Shown here piece after piece: positions 10,530-19,865 of a stretch of 64,000 nucleotides of DNA. Within the stretch, counting starts at the first letter, position 1. Every line of letters begins with the position of its first letter. The DNA lies in NCBI GenBank assembly GCA_020063565.1, contig JAICDB010000009.1, positions 65,393-129,392 on the forward strand. Reading direction: 5' to 3'. The position numbers and the translations under genes were made by a program. The notes beneath the pieces are model-generated. The model worked only from the letters and a program-made list of their open reading frames with translations, ran no database searches and was not told the origin of the DNA. The DNA is from Clostridiales bacterium. Its GTDB lineage: Bacteria > Bacillota > DSM-16504 > Desulfitibacterales > JAICDB01.

Positions 10530-10628
10530 GTTTCTCACCTCTGTTTATTATATGTTCCATATAGTTCTAAAAGTGAATAAAGGAGGGATAAATGAGAGAT
10601 GAGCATAGTAGACAAATGCATAGAACTG

Positions 10629-11375
10629 TCACCGTTTATAAAAAGCACACGGCCCTGTTGCACATTTTCCACAAACATCACAAAGTCCTAAATCCGGGAA
10701 GCTAGAGTCGATTTCCAGCAAATGCCGGTAACACCTGTGCTTATCTAAATTTGCTACAGTAAGCGCCTTTGTAGGACAGTTATTTACGCAGAACAAGCAT
10801 TTTTTGTCCTTATAATAGAGGCAGTACTTTTCAGATGGGCGGGAACTAGGAGGAATTTCAGCGGAAATAATAAGACTTCCGAAGCGTCCTGCACAGCCTG
10901 CCGGGGTAATTAACATGCGGTGTACACCAAAATTGCCAAGGCCTGCAATATAAGCGGCGCTTTTATGGGACCAGCCGGCTTTCAATGTTTCCTCGTCAAA
11001 ATTGTGAGTAGCCTTCTCATTTGCCACTGCAATTCCCGCGGAAATTAAATCTTTTTTTAACTCGCGACAGATATTTTCTATTAATTTATTAGTTTCAATG
11101 TAGGCAACGGCCCACTCTTTAGCTACCCCGTCCGTTTTTTTATTGGCTTTCACTACATCTTCCGCAAAGGGCAGAAAAAAGGCTACAACCGTCTTTGCCT
11201 CCGGCAATATTTCCCAAGGTTGCATGTGGTGAGGACCGATAATTTCCTTCATTTTAGTAAACAGCCCATCATGTGCAGAGGCAAATCCCACTAATGGTTT
11301 ACGGTATTCTGTAACTGTATCGGCTTCCCTGACCAGAGAAATTATTTTTCTTGTAATCATTTGAGCCAGTTCCAT
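10629..11375 (-). CDS. Fe-S protein related to epoxyqueuosine reductase / reductive-dehalogenase-like family
   Basis: 248 aa. C-terminal CLFCVNNCP and CDVCGKCATGPC cluster motifs. Assigned by resemblance only. Confidence 0.45.
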   Translation of the reverse strand: MELAQMITRKIISLVREADTVTEYRKPLVGFASAHDGLFTKMKEIIGPHHMQPWEILPEAKTVVAFFLPFAEDVVKANKKTDGVAKEWAVAYIETNKLIENICRELKKDLISAGIAVANEKATHNFDEETLKAGWSHKSAAYIAGLGNFGVHRMLITPAGCAGRFGSLIISAEIPPSSRPSEKYCLYYKDKKCLFCVNNCPTKALTVANLDKHRCYRHLLEIDSSFPDLGLCDVCGKCATGPCAFYKR

Positions 11376-11396
11376 AAAAATCCCCTTTCTATCTAC

Positions 11397-12479
11397 TTAT
11401 TTTTTGGGATGGGTCAGTTCCTCGGGAGCAAGTGCATCCTCCAATTCTTCTTTACTTAGAAGACCCTTTTCCAGAATAATTTCAGTAATGGTTTTACCCT
11501 CTTTGATACTTGTATGGGCAACCTCTGAAGCTACATCGTAACCCAGCTTGGGAACAAGCGCAGTTGCCAGTACAGGGCTTTTTTCAAGCATAGTGCGGCA
11601 TCTTTTCGGGTTTGACTTAATACCCTTAATACAATAGTTTGTAAATTTTTCAAGGGCAGAAGCCATAATTTCGAGGGATTCCAAAAGGTGGTGCGCAATT
11701 GCGGGCGCAAATGAATTCAATTCAAGCTGCCCTCTGGCTGCAGCTGTTGTAATAACTGTATCATTGGCAATTACCCTCATTGCAACCTGGTTGACAAGTT
11801 CGGGAATGACAGGGTTTATTTTGCCCGGCATTATTGATGAGCCGGCCTGTCTTTCCGGCAAGGTAATTTCAGCCAGTCCCCCAAAGGGGCCGGAAGAGAG
11901 GAGTCGCAAATCATCAGCGATTTTATTTAGATTGACTGCTGCTGCCTTAATAAGCCCTGACACTTCCACAAAGACATCCATATTTTGAGTGACATCAATC
12001 ATATTCTCTGCCCTGGCCAAACCCAGGTGGGTAATGCGGCGCAGGTGGTCATTAACAAGGTAGATGTATTTTAAAGGAGCGGTGATTCCTGTACCTACAG
12101 CGGTACCCCCGAGGTTAACCTGGCGCAGTCTTTCTTCAACTTTGTAGATTCTCCAGCGGTCACGTTCCAGTGCTTGGGCATAGGCGCTGAACTCCTGGCC
12201 GAGGGTTACCGGGGCGGCATCCTGCAGCTGAGTCCTTCCAAGCTTGATAACCCCTGCAAATTCCGCTTCCTTGTCCTGCAGAGCAGCCTGCAGCCCGGCA
12301 AGCTTGTCCTCCAGGGGAGAAAGGAGTCTGAGGGCGGCCACTCGCATTGCAGTTGGGTAGACATCATTTGTTGACTGGTGTAAATTGACATGGTCGTTAG
12401 GGTGGATAATTTCATAACTTCCCTTTGGTTGCCCTAGAATTTCAAGGGCGCGGTTAGCTATTACTTTTCTTCTTCCCAT
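11397..12479 (-). CDS. Aspartase/fumarase-superfamily lyase, N-terminally short form (about 110 aa shorter than canonical AspA)
   Basis: 360 aa. Starts at the equivalent of ..VIANRALE.. of aspartases. Retains the SS-loop signature GSSIMPGKINP. The start overlaps the hydF stop by 19 nt. Confidence 0.75.
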   Translation of the reverse strand: MGRRKVIANRALEILGQPKGSYEIIHPNDHVNLHQSTNDVYPTAMRVAALRLLSPLEDKLAGLQAALQDKEAEFAGVIKLGRTQLQDAAPVTLGQEFSAYAQALERDRWRIYKVEERLRQVNLGGTAVGTGITAPLKYIYLVNDHLRRITHLGLARAENMIDVTQNMDVFVEVSGLIKAAAVNLNKIADDLRLLSSGPFGGLAEITLPERQAGSSIMPGKINPVIPELVNQVAMRVIANDTVITTAAARGQLELNSFAPAIAHHLLESLEIMASALEKFTNYCIKGIKSNPKRCRTMLEKSPVLATALVPKLGYDVASEVAHTSIKEGKTITEIILEKGLLSKEELEDALAPEELTHPKK

Positions 12480-13681
12480 GTTAACCTGGCAAGAGGGAAA
12501 GGCTGTAGTGCGCGGTCCAGTATGCCGTGGAGAAAGGCAATCAGCACACCGTAGTTAACTATGGGAATGCCCGCTTCCTTAGCAAGCTGGATGCGGTAGA
12601 GCATTTCCCGCCTGTTGATCATGCAGCCGCCGCAGTGGACGATAATTTTATAAGACTCTATATCCTCCGGGTATCCTCCGCCAGAATACCAGTTGAAATT
12701 CAGTTCGCCACCCACGTACTGCCTTAGCCAGCGGGGGATTTTTACCTTGCCGATATCATCCGCTTGGCGGTGATGGGTACAGGCTTCGGCAATCAGCACT
12801 TTATCCCCGGGTTTCAGTTCTTTGACTGCCTTGGCCCCCTTGACCAGCTCCACCAGGTCCCCTTTATACCGTGCGAAAAGAATAGAGAAGGAGGTCATTA
12901 AAATATCCGGCGGAGTATCGGCATCAACCTTTTGGAAGGCCTGGGAATCCGTAACTACTATTTTAGGTTTTGAAATTTTTTGCAGTGCAGCTTTCAGTTC
13001 CCGTTCTTTCACTACAAGGCCCATGGCATCGTGATCAAGAAGATCTCTTAATGTCTGGACCTGAGGTAAAATAAGTCTTCCCTTGGGAGCAGCCAGGTCA
13101 ATGGGAACCACTAGAACGGCGATATCTCCCGGATTAACCAGATCCCCAATAATAAACTGTTCTTCGAAGGATTCGGGAATATTTTTAATAAGTGCGCCTT
13201 TTAATTCTTCTATCCCCCGGCCTGTCAGGGCACTTACCGGGAGAATTTGCTGTCCCAAAGACTTTTCAAGATCTTGGATATTTACCTCTTGAGCCTGATC
13301 GCTCTTATTTAAGACAGCCACAATAGGTATCTTTTTGCTTTCTATTTGCTTTTTAAGATCCAGTTCATATTCTTCAATTCCGGCTTCCGGCTCAATTACC
13401 AGTACTGCCAGGTCTGTTTTTCTTAAGACTTCCATGGTTTTTTTGATACGTAACTTCCCAAGTTCCCCTACATCATCAATTCCTGCAGTGTCAATCAGCA
13501 TTACGGGACCTATGGGCAGTATTTCCATAGCCTTGAAGACGGGATCGGTTGTTGTTCCTGCAACATCAGAAACCAGTGCGATATCCTGATTTGTTAAAGC
13601 GTTGATCAGACTGGACTTTCCGGCATTACGGCGGCCGAAAATAGCAATGTGGGGTCTGTTGGCTTTTGGGGTATCCTGCAT
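12461..13681 (-). CDS. hydF: [FeFe]-hydrogenase maturation GTPase HydF
   Basis: 406 aa. GTPase P-loop GRRNAGKSS. C-terminal cluster motif CTHH...HCGGC, which is diagnostic for HydF. Confidence 0.85.
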   Translation of the reverse strand: MQDTPKANRPHIAIFGRRNAGKSSLINALTNQDIALVSDVAGTTTDPVFKAMEILPIGPVMLIDTAGIDDVGELGKLRIKKTMEVLRKTDLAVLVIEPEAGIEEYELDLKKQIESKKIPIVAVLNKSDQAQEVNIQDLEKSLGQQILPVSALTGRGIEELKGALIKNIPESFEEQFIIGDLVNPGDIAVLVVPIDLAAPKGRLILPQVQTLRDLLDHDAMGLVVKERELKAALQKISKPKIVVTDSQAFQKVDADTPPDILMTSFSILFARYKGDLVELVKGAKAVKELKPGDKVLIAEACTHHRQADDIGKVKIPRWLRQYVGGELNFNWYSGGGYPEDIESYKIIVHCGGCMINRREMLYRIQLAKEAGIPIVNYGVLIAFLHGILDRALQPFPLARLTWEEEK

Positions 13682-13759
13682 ATTTATTCCCTCCGCACTC
13701 GTTTTATAGCTATTATAACATAAGGGCTTAGAAAATAGGATCTTCTGGATGGATTTGAC

Positions 13760-13789
13760 TTGACCGGAGTTTAGAAATTGCTTTATAAT
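13760..13789 (+). promoter_or_regulatory. Candidate sigma-A promoter for the fluoride riboswitch-crcB unit
   Basis: TTGACC (13760..13765), 18 nt spacer, TATAAT (13784..13789), about 20 nt upstream of the aptamer. Confidence 0.5.
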
Positions 13790-13810
13790 TAATTCATGTA
13801 TAAATATTAC

Positions 13811-13886
13811 AGGTGATGGAGCTCACCTTTAACCGTCTGGCTATGACTGATGGCTCCTGCTGAGTTGTTCGGCAGGAGTCTTTTTT
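13811..13886 (+). promoter_or_regulatory. Fluoride riboswitch (crcB motif) with intrinsic terminator expression platform
   Basis: AGGUGAUGGAGCUCACC UUUAACCGUC ... CUGAUGGCUCCU matches the crcB-motif consensus. Overlapping terminator GGCTCCTGC..GCAGGAGTC plus T6. Lies directly upstream of crcB. Confidence 0.9.
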
Positions 13887-13922
13887 ATAGTAATTTCCAT
13901 CAATATTGAAGGAGTGATGTCA

Positions 13923-14357
13923 ATGACCGTGCTATACATTGCAATAGGAGGAGCATTAGGGGCCATTTCAAGATATTTGTGTTCAAATTGGGTGTTAAAG
14001 CTTCTGGGGGACCTGCTTCCTTATGGTACAATGGCAGTTAATATATTAGGCAGTTTTCTCCTGGGAATGATTTATACTATAAGTTTAAATACCACATCAT
14101 TTTCCGGGAATTTTCGTGGGCTTCTTACCATAGGATTTATTGGGTCCTTTACCACTTTTTCAACATTTACAACGGAAACCGTAAATCTTTTAAAAGAGGG
14201 CAACATCTTGTACGGTAGTATTTATCTTGGAGCAAGCATATTGTTTGGACTCATTGCGGTATTGCTGGGGATGGGTGCTGCAAATTTTTTTTTAGTATCC
14301 CGTGAAAGGGGGGAGAATAGTGAGCCCCAAGATAACAGGTCCCGCAAGAAGGATTAG
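13923..14357 (+). CDS. crcB: Fluoride channel CrcB/FluC
   Basis: 4-TM small protein with GGALGAISRY and GFIGSFTTFSTF motifs. Start ATG 13923 chosen from GAAGGAG RBS spacing; the ORF opens at 13914. Confidence 0.85.
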   Translation: MTVLYIAIGGALGAISRYLCSNWVLKLLGDLLPYGTMAVNILGSFLLGMIYTISLNTTSFSGNFRGLLTIGFIGSFTTFSTFTTETVNLLKEGNILYGSIYLGASILFGLIAVLLGMGAANFFLVSRERGENSEPQDNRSRKKD

Positions 14358-14622
14358 AGTCTATATAGGTGAGAGTGACAGGTCCAAGGGAATGCCTCTT
14401 TATCATGCAATAGTACTCCAGGCAAAGAAATTGGGACTGGCAGGAGCCACAGTATATAAGGGAGTGGAAAGTTTCGGAGCTAACAGCTTAGTAACGAAGA
14501 GAACAGGCTGTCCTGTGAAATTTAGGCCTCCGCGCACACTTTATTGTGCCGGAGTTTTTTTGCCCCAATATAATACGCAATTAATTTGTGAAGATTTCGT
14601 TAAGACTATTTATTTTGCGTAA
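14320..14622 (+). CDS. DUF190 (CrcB-associated) protein, apparently 3'-truncated or replaced
   Basis: RIRVYIGESDRSKGMPLYHAIV..LGLAGATVYKGVESFGANS matches the DUF190 N-half. After about nt 14488 the sequence no longer resembles the family and runs into a terminator. Confidence 0.5.
   Translation: MSPKITGPARRIRVYIGESDRSKGMPLYHAIVLQAKKLGLAGATVYKGVESFGANSLVTKRTGCPVKFRPPRTLYCAGVFLPQYNTQLICEDFVKTIYFA
14528..14561 (+). terminator. Rho-independent terminator inside the tail of the DUF190 reading frame
   Basis: CTCCG(C)GCACA-loop-TGTGCCGGAG stem, followed by T7. Confidence 0.7.
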
Positions 14623-14690
14623 GAAAACGTGTATAATAAGTAACTGAAACAGCTTGTGAATAACATGACAAGTACAAGGGGTGAATGTTT

Positions 14691-17153
14691 ATGAAAGTTG
14701 TAATAGTAGGTGGAGTTGCAGGTGGTGCAAGTGCTGCGGCACGTTTAAGAAGGTTAGATGAAAATGCGGAAATAATAGTCTTTGAAAGGGGTGGACATGT
14801 TTCCTTTGCCAATTGTGGCTTACCTTACTATATAGGCGGTGTAATAGAGGAAAGGGATAAGCTTCTATTACAAACACCTCAGAAATTTTACAACCGCTTT
14901 CGTGTCGATGTAAGGGTAAAAAGTGAAGTAATTAAAATAGACAGGGAGCAAAAGGAAGTTTTAGTAAAAGACTTAAATACCGGTAAAGAGTACAGGGAAA
15001 ACTATGATAAGCTTGTTTTATCTCCCGGTGCTGAGCCACTTAAACCAACTATCCCGGGGATAGATGGCGAAAGAATCTTTACTCTAAGGTCACTGGAAGA
15101 TACGGATAAAATTAAAGAGTATATAGATACCCATAAGCCTCAAAGTGCCGTTGTGGTTGGGGGAGGTTTTATAGGACTGGAAATGGTGGAAAACCTTCGC
15201 CATCTAGGTCTCCGGGTAAGCCTTGTTGAATTAGCAGACCAGGTTATGCCTCCCCTTGATGTGGAAATGACTGCCTATATAAATGAAAAACTGCTCATGA
15301 ATAATGTTGCATTATATTTGAAAGATGGTGTTAAATCATTATCTCACTCCGAAAAGACAACAACTGTCTATTTACAGAGCGGTAAAAAGTTGGAATGTGA
15401 TCTTGTAATCTCTGCCATGGGAATTCGCCCGGAAGGCAAACTTGCCAAGGAAGCAGGTTTGGAAGTTAGTGATAGGGGAGCAATAGTCGTAAATTCATCC
15501 CTCCAGACATCAGATCCTGATATTTATGCAGTGGGTGATGCCATCCAGGTTGAAGATTTTGTAACGGGCGAAAAGACTGTAATCCCCCTGGCAAGCCCGG
15601 CTAACAAGCAGGGCAGAATGGTTGCAGACCATATCTGTGGAAATGAAATACAATACGAGGGAAGCCTTGGCACAGCAGTGGCAAAGATTTTTGATATGAC
15701 TGTGGCCTCCACAGGAGCCAATGAAAAGGCCCTGAAAAGAAAAGGCGTAAAGTATATTGCTTCCCATACTCATTCGGGGTCCCATGCAGGATATTATCCG
15801 GGAGCAATTGACATGGCAATAAAAATTCTTTTTTCTCCTGATGACGGTAAGCTTTTAGGAGCACAGGCGGTAGGCTATAAAGGCGTTGATAAAAGGATTG
15901 ATGTTTTAGCAACAGTAATTAGAATGGGAGGCACTGTTCACGACCTAATTAAACTTGAACTTGCCTATGCACCTCCCTATTCCTCTGCCAAGGACCCTGT
16001 AAATATGGCAGGTTATGTTGCAGAAAATATCCTTAAAGGTAGAGTGAAAAACATTCAGTGGCATGAATTACAGGATCTATTGTCGGAAGATACCTGTATC
16101 CTTGACGTGAGAGACCCTGATGAAGTGGAATGCGGTAAAATTCCCGGCTCAATTAATATTCCCCTTAATGACTTGAGGGAGAGAGTAAATGAACTTCCGC
16201 AGGATAAGAAAATAGTGGTATATTGCAAGGTTGGCTTACGGGCATACATTGCCTGCCGTATTCTGGCACAAAAAGGTTTTGAAAATGTCTATAATTTAAG
16301 CGGTGGTTATAAAACCTACCAGGCTGCCCGGATGATAAATCCCCAGGAGCTGCAAGCAGGGAATCCTTCCTGTGATGAAGTTGCTGCCGCAAGTGAAAAA
16401 GAGATCTTTGAGGCAAAGGAAAGCCGGAGGGTTCAGCTCAATGCGTGCGGTCTACAGTGTCCGGGGCCTATTGTTCAGGTGAAAAAGCAAATGCAAGCAA
16501 TGAATCCTGGAGACATTTTAGAAGTAGTAGCAACTGATCCTGCTTTTGGAAGGGATATTCAGTCCTGGTGCAATACTACAGGTAACATTCTACTGGCGGT
16601 TCAGAGTAATGAAGGCAAGGTAACAGCAAAAATTCAAAAAGGAAAGGATAACAATGCTCCGGTATGTGAGGTAACTGCAAAAGGTGATGAAAAAACAATG
16701 GTTGTCTTTAGTGGTGACCTTGATAAGGCAATAGCGTCCTTTATCATTGCCAATGGAGCAGCTGCAACAGGTAAAAAGGTTACCATGTTCTTTACCTTCT
16801 GGGGCCTAAATATTTTGAGAAAACCTGATGGACCGGCTGTTAAAAAAGGATTTATTGAAAAAATGTTCGGTATGATGATGCCAAAGGGCGCTCCGCAGCT
16901 TACCCTGTCTAAAATGAACATGGGTGGACTTGGAAGCAAGATGATGAAATGGGTAATGAATAAGAAAAATGTTGACAGTCTGGAAAAATTAATTCAAACA
17001 GCACAGGAACAGGGTGTTAAAATGATAGCCTGCCAGATGTCAATGGATGTTATGGGGATTAAAAAGGAAGAATTGATTGATGGGGTGGAAATTGGTGGTG
17101 TTGCTACGTATCTGGATTCCGCAGAAAGATCAAACCTCAACCTGTTTATCTAA
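14691..17153 (+). CDS. Four-domain sulfur-trafficking fusion: CoA-disulfide/persulfide reductase, rhodanese, TusA-like, DsrE/DrsE-like
   Basis: FAD motif GGVAGG. Redox Cys SFANCGLPYY. Rhodanese loop CKVGLR. TusA CPGP motif (LNACGLQCPGPI). C-terminal DsrE-like MIACQMSMD. ATG 14691 chosen from AAGGGG RBS spacing. Confidence 0.8.
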   Translation: MKVVIVGGVAGGASAAARLRRLDENAEIIVFERGGHVSFANCGLPYYIGGVIEERDKLLLQTPQKFYNRFRVDVRVKSEVIKIDREQKEVLVKDLNTGKEYRENYDKLVLSPGAEPLKPTIPGIDGERIFTLRSLEDTDKIKEYIDTHKPQSAVVVGGGFIGLEMVENLRHLGLRVSLVELADQVMPPLDVEMTAYINEKLLMNNVALYLKDGVKSLSHSEKTTTVYLQSGKKLECDLVISAMGIRPEGKLAKEAGLEVSDRGAIVVNSSLQTSDPDIYAVGDAIQVEDFVTGEKTVIPLASPANKQGRMVADHICGNEIQYEGSLGTAVAKIFDMTVASTGANEKALKRKGVKYIASHTHSGSHAGYYPGAIDMAIKILFSPDDGKLLGAQAVGYKGVDKRIDVLATVIRMGGTVHDLIKLELAYAPPYSSAKDPVNMAGYVAENILKGRVKNIQWHELQDLLSEDTCILDVRDPDEVECGKIPGSINIPLNDLRERVNELPQDKKIVVYCKVGLRAYIACRILAQKGFENVYNLSGGYKTYQAARMINPQELQAGNPSCDEVAAASEKEIFEAKESRRVQLNACGLQCPGPIVQVKKQMQAMNPGDILEVVATDPAFGRDIQSWCNTTGNILLAVQSNEGKVTAKIQKGKDNNAPVCEVTAKGDEKTMVVFSGDLDKAIASFIIANGAAATGKKVTMFFTFWGLNILRKPDGPAVKKGFIEKMFGMMMPKGAPQLTLSKMNMGGLGSKMMKWVMNKKNVDSLEKLIQTAQEQGVKMIACQMSMDVMGIKKEELIDGVEIGGVATYLDSAERSNLNLFI

Positions 17154-17185
17154 ATAAAAACTAAACTATCTTCTTTGAAAAATTA

Positions 17186-17222
17186 GGGTAAACTAAGTTA
17201 CATGCTTGGTTTACCCTTTTTA
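17186..17222 (+). terminator. Rho-independent terminator
   Basis: GGGTAAAC ... GTTTACCC stem followed by a T-run. Confidence 0.7.
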
Positions 17223-17275
17223 TTAATGTTAAAATTTATAGTAACAGTACATACTAAAGAAAAGAGGTGAAGTTA

Positions 17276-18010
17276 ATGAGCTTTTATGGAGACTTGAGTA
17301 AATTTTATAAATACATATTTCCTGCCAAGGAACCTCAATTGAGCTTTTTCAAAAAACACTTTCGGGAGCACGGTGTTAAAAAAGTACTTGATGTAGCTTG
17401 TGGCACAGGTGAGTATACCAGAGAATTTGCTGCCTGGGGTATGAAATCCTATGGAATTGACATTCAAAGGGAAATGATTGAAATTGCCCGGGAAAGGGCT
17501 AAAAAAGAAGGATTGCCTGCTTTTTTTGAAACGGCTGATATGCTTAACCTTCCTTATCATGATGAAGAATTTCACGGAGTAATCTGTATAGGCAATTCCC
17601 TGGTACACCTTTTACAGGAAGAAGAAATACTGAAGTCTCTCCAAGAAATGTACCGGGTGCTGGTTGGCGGGGGCCTCATCATAATTCAAACTGTAAACTA
17701 CGACAGAGTCTTAAAGCAGAATGTTAGGCAACTTCCCACAATTACCAACAAAACAATGGGGATAGAATTTAAGAGGTACTATCATTTTAGGGATGATGGA
17801 AATATTGATTTTTGCACAGTGTTAAGCATTGAAAATGAAGGACAAAAAAGTGAGCATAAAAACACTGTGATTCTTAAACCCCTTTTAAGGAGCAACTTGA
17901 ATAGTTTACTAATGGAAGCAGGCTTCAAAGAAATGCAGTATTTTGGAAATTTCAAAGAGGAACAGTGGAGTGAAAATTCCTTTGCCACGGTAGTGAAGGC
18001 AATAAAGTGA
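17276..18010 (+). CDS. Class I SAM-dependent methyltransferase
   Basis: SAM motif I VLDVACGTGEY. About 245 aa. Substrate unknown. Confidence 0.7.
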   Translation: MSFYGDLSKFYKYIFPAKEPQLSFFKKHFREHGVKKVLDVACGTGEYTREFAAWGMKSYGIDIQREMIEIARERAKKEGLPAFFETADMLNLPYHDEEFHGVICIGNSLVHLLQEEEILKSLQEMYRVLVGGGLIIIQTVNYDRVLKQNVRQLPTITNKTMGIEFKRYYHFRDDGNIDFCTVLSIENEGQKSEHKNTVILKPLLRSNLNSLLMEAGFKEMQYFGNFKEEQWSENSFATVVKAIK

Positions 18011-18027
18011 AGAACGTGATAAAATAA

Positions 18028-18070
18028 TAAAAACGCAGGATATAATAATCTGAGTATCCTGCGTTTCTTT
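18028..18070. terminator. Bidirectional terminator between convergent genes
   Basis: ACGCAGGATA ... TATCCTGCGT 10-bp stem with flanking A and T runs. Confidence 0.75.
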
Positions 18071-18082
18071 ATACTTTATTCT

Positions 18083-19384
18083 CTACTCGCCGCGGGCCCG
18101 TTGTGCAGCCCGGATAGCTTTGTGTGCAAAATCTATGGATTTACCAATATAGTTTAAACCTTCTTCAGGGTTATGAAAACCCATACTGTTTTCTGCAGAC
18201 ATCCAGTCCCATAACCACTGGGCTTGACGATGATACTGCTGCGCTTGCTTAATAAGCTCTTGATCGGCTCCGGGTGAATTTAACGACTTTTCGATTTCTT
18301 TTATTGCTTCAACATTTCTATCTGCAGCAACTTTTAACAGGTTATAATTGTTGTCTTGAATATGTTCAACTCGGCTCTTTAAATATTCTTCATCTTCGCG
18401 ATGGCAAACGCCGCAACTTTCGCTGATATTGCGTAAAGGACTTTTCAAATCATGGGAACTAATTTTTACATTTCCTTGCTTGACATATGGCATATGACAA
18501 TCTGCACAGGCAACACCGGCTGCCTGGTGGGTGCTGTTCATAAAGAACTCATAATCCGGATGCTGAGCCTTTAGCATTGGCGTTTTACTCTTTGGGTGAG
18601 TCCAATCTACAAATGGTTTGTCTTTGTATTCACCACTCTGATAATATTCATAAACCTGTTCCGGTTTCATACCTTCAATACTTTCACCCCAGGGGAAGGT
18701 AACTATTTTTTTATCTCCGGCAAAATAATATTCAACGTGACACTGGGCACAGACAAGGGTCCGCATTTCCTGACGGTCAGCTTTATCCACATCTATACCC
18801 ATTTTGGACAGTGCTTTTCTCAGTGCCGGTCGTGTAATATGTAAATCCATAGTTTTGGGATCATGGCAATCTGAGCAAGCTATTGAGTGTTTTATATACT
18901 TGTCTTTTACCTCAGTAAAATCCATAGTATAGAAATCATCACCGAATTTTTCAAGTAATTCGGGTATTTCTGGAGATTTACAGGTTAAACATACTGCACC
19001 GGATTTTTTTCGAGCGGGGTTAATTGCACCGATATCCTGTACTGCGTAAGGGTGCCCCCTATCTTCATTATACTCTTCTGAAAAGCCATATCCTGCAAAT
19101 AGTGTGCGCATTTCCGGAAACTCTTCTAATTTGTCATACTTATCGTTACCACCGTATTTGGTGCGAACTACGGGACCTTCGACAGCGTTACGGTAACTGT
19201 CATAATGACGGGGGTAGTGTTGCCCCCAAACTTCCGGATCAGTTTCATCTTCTGCTATAGGCGGTAATTTTGGGTCTTCCGTCCTTACCACCCGATTATT
19301 ATTATAAATTAAAATAGCTCCTCCTAAAAACACTAAAGCTGCCAGAATTGAACCAATTATAATTTTCTTCTTCTCTTTAGCCAT
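18083..19384 (-). CDS. nrfA: Pentahaem cytochrome c nitrite reductase NrfA
   Basis: One CxxCK (CLTCK) plus four CxxCH motifs (CSDCH, CAQCH, CADCH, CGVCH). N-terminal membrane anchor/signal. Confidence 0.9.
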   Translation of the reverse strand: MAKEKKKIIIGSILAALVFLGGAILIYNNNRVVRTEDPKLPPIAEDETDPEVWGQHYPRHYDSYRNAVEGPVVRTKYGGNDKYDKLEEFPEMRTLFAGYGFSEEYNEDRGHPYAVQDIGAINPARKKSGAVCLTCKSPEIPELLEKFGDDFYTMDFTEVKDKYIKHSIACSDCHDPKTMDLHITRPALRKALSKMGIDVDKADRQEMRTLVCAQCHVEYYFAGDKKIVTFPWGESIEGMKPEQVYEYYQSGEYKDKPFVDWTHPKSKTPMLKAQHPDYEFFMNSTHQAAGVACADCHMPYVKQGNVKISSHDLKSPLRNISESCGVCHREDEEYLKSRVEHIQDNNYNLLKVAADRNVEAIKEIEKSLNSPGADQELIKQAQQYHRQAQWLWDWMSAENSMGFHNPEEGLNYIGKSIDFAHKAIRAAQRARGE

Positions 19385-19439
19385 TATTGTATCTCCTTTC
19401 TACTATTTATACTGTCTAAAGAGTAAGTGATATATAGTT

Positions 19440-19865
19440 CTACAGGGTATGGGGTGTGTTACGATGGCATTCAAAGCAGTATTTGCCTCCTCCCTTCTTC
19501 GTGTCACCGACAATTCGCATTAATTCGCCATGGCAGGAAAGACAGTTTTCATGTACCACTTGACTTCCGTGTTCAGTGATATAAAATGCTGTCGGTACTT
19601 TGCCTGCAATGGTTAATACCACATCTCTTGATCCGGTATAGGCTTTATAAAAAGAACCTCTTACAAAATCATGCGGAATGTGGCAATCGTTGCAACTGGC
19701 TACTTCCCTGTGTGCAGAGTGATACCAGGTTTGTGCCCATGGTCCCATAAAGTGGCAGGAACCACAGAATTGAGGTCCATCAAGCTTATCCTTTAGAGGC
19801 GGAGTTTTTAAGGCAAAAACACTGATTAGAAAGATAGGGATTAAGATAAGAAGTAATTTTTTCAT
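19440..19865 (-). CDS. nrfH: Tetrahaem NapC/NirT-family quinol dehydrogenase NrfH
   Basis: 141 aa, N-terminal TM. Four CxxCH motifs (CGSCH, CNDCH, CLSCH, CFECH). Directly upstream of nrfA. Confidence 0.85.
   Translation of the reverse strand: MKKLLLILIPIFLISVFALKTPPLKDKLDGPQFCGSCHFMGPWAQTWYHSAHREVASCNDCHIPHDFVRGSFYKAYTGSRDVVLTIAGKVPTAFYITEHGSQVVHENCLSCHGELMRIVGDTKKGGGKYCFECHRNTPHTL

Noticed and set aside
10592-10705. 37-aa His-rich ORF with a strong AAAGGAGGG RBS on the plus strand
   Set aside because: It is antisense to the 3' end of the QueG-like gene, no family is recognised, and the composition looks like a reverse-strand artefact. It would be worth a glance in ribosome profiling data only.
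11397-12479. Calling the short aspartase-like ORF a truncated pseudogene
   Set aside because: The start is translationally coupled to hydF, the frame is intact for 360 codons, and the catalytic SS loop is preserved. I treat it as a functional short form, although this needs comparative confirmation.
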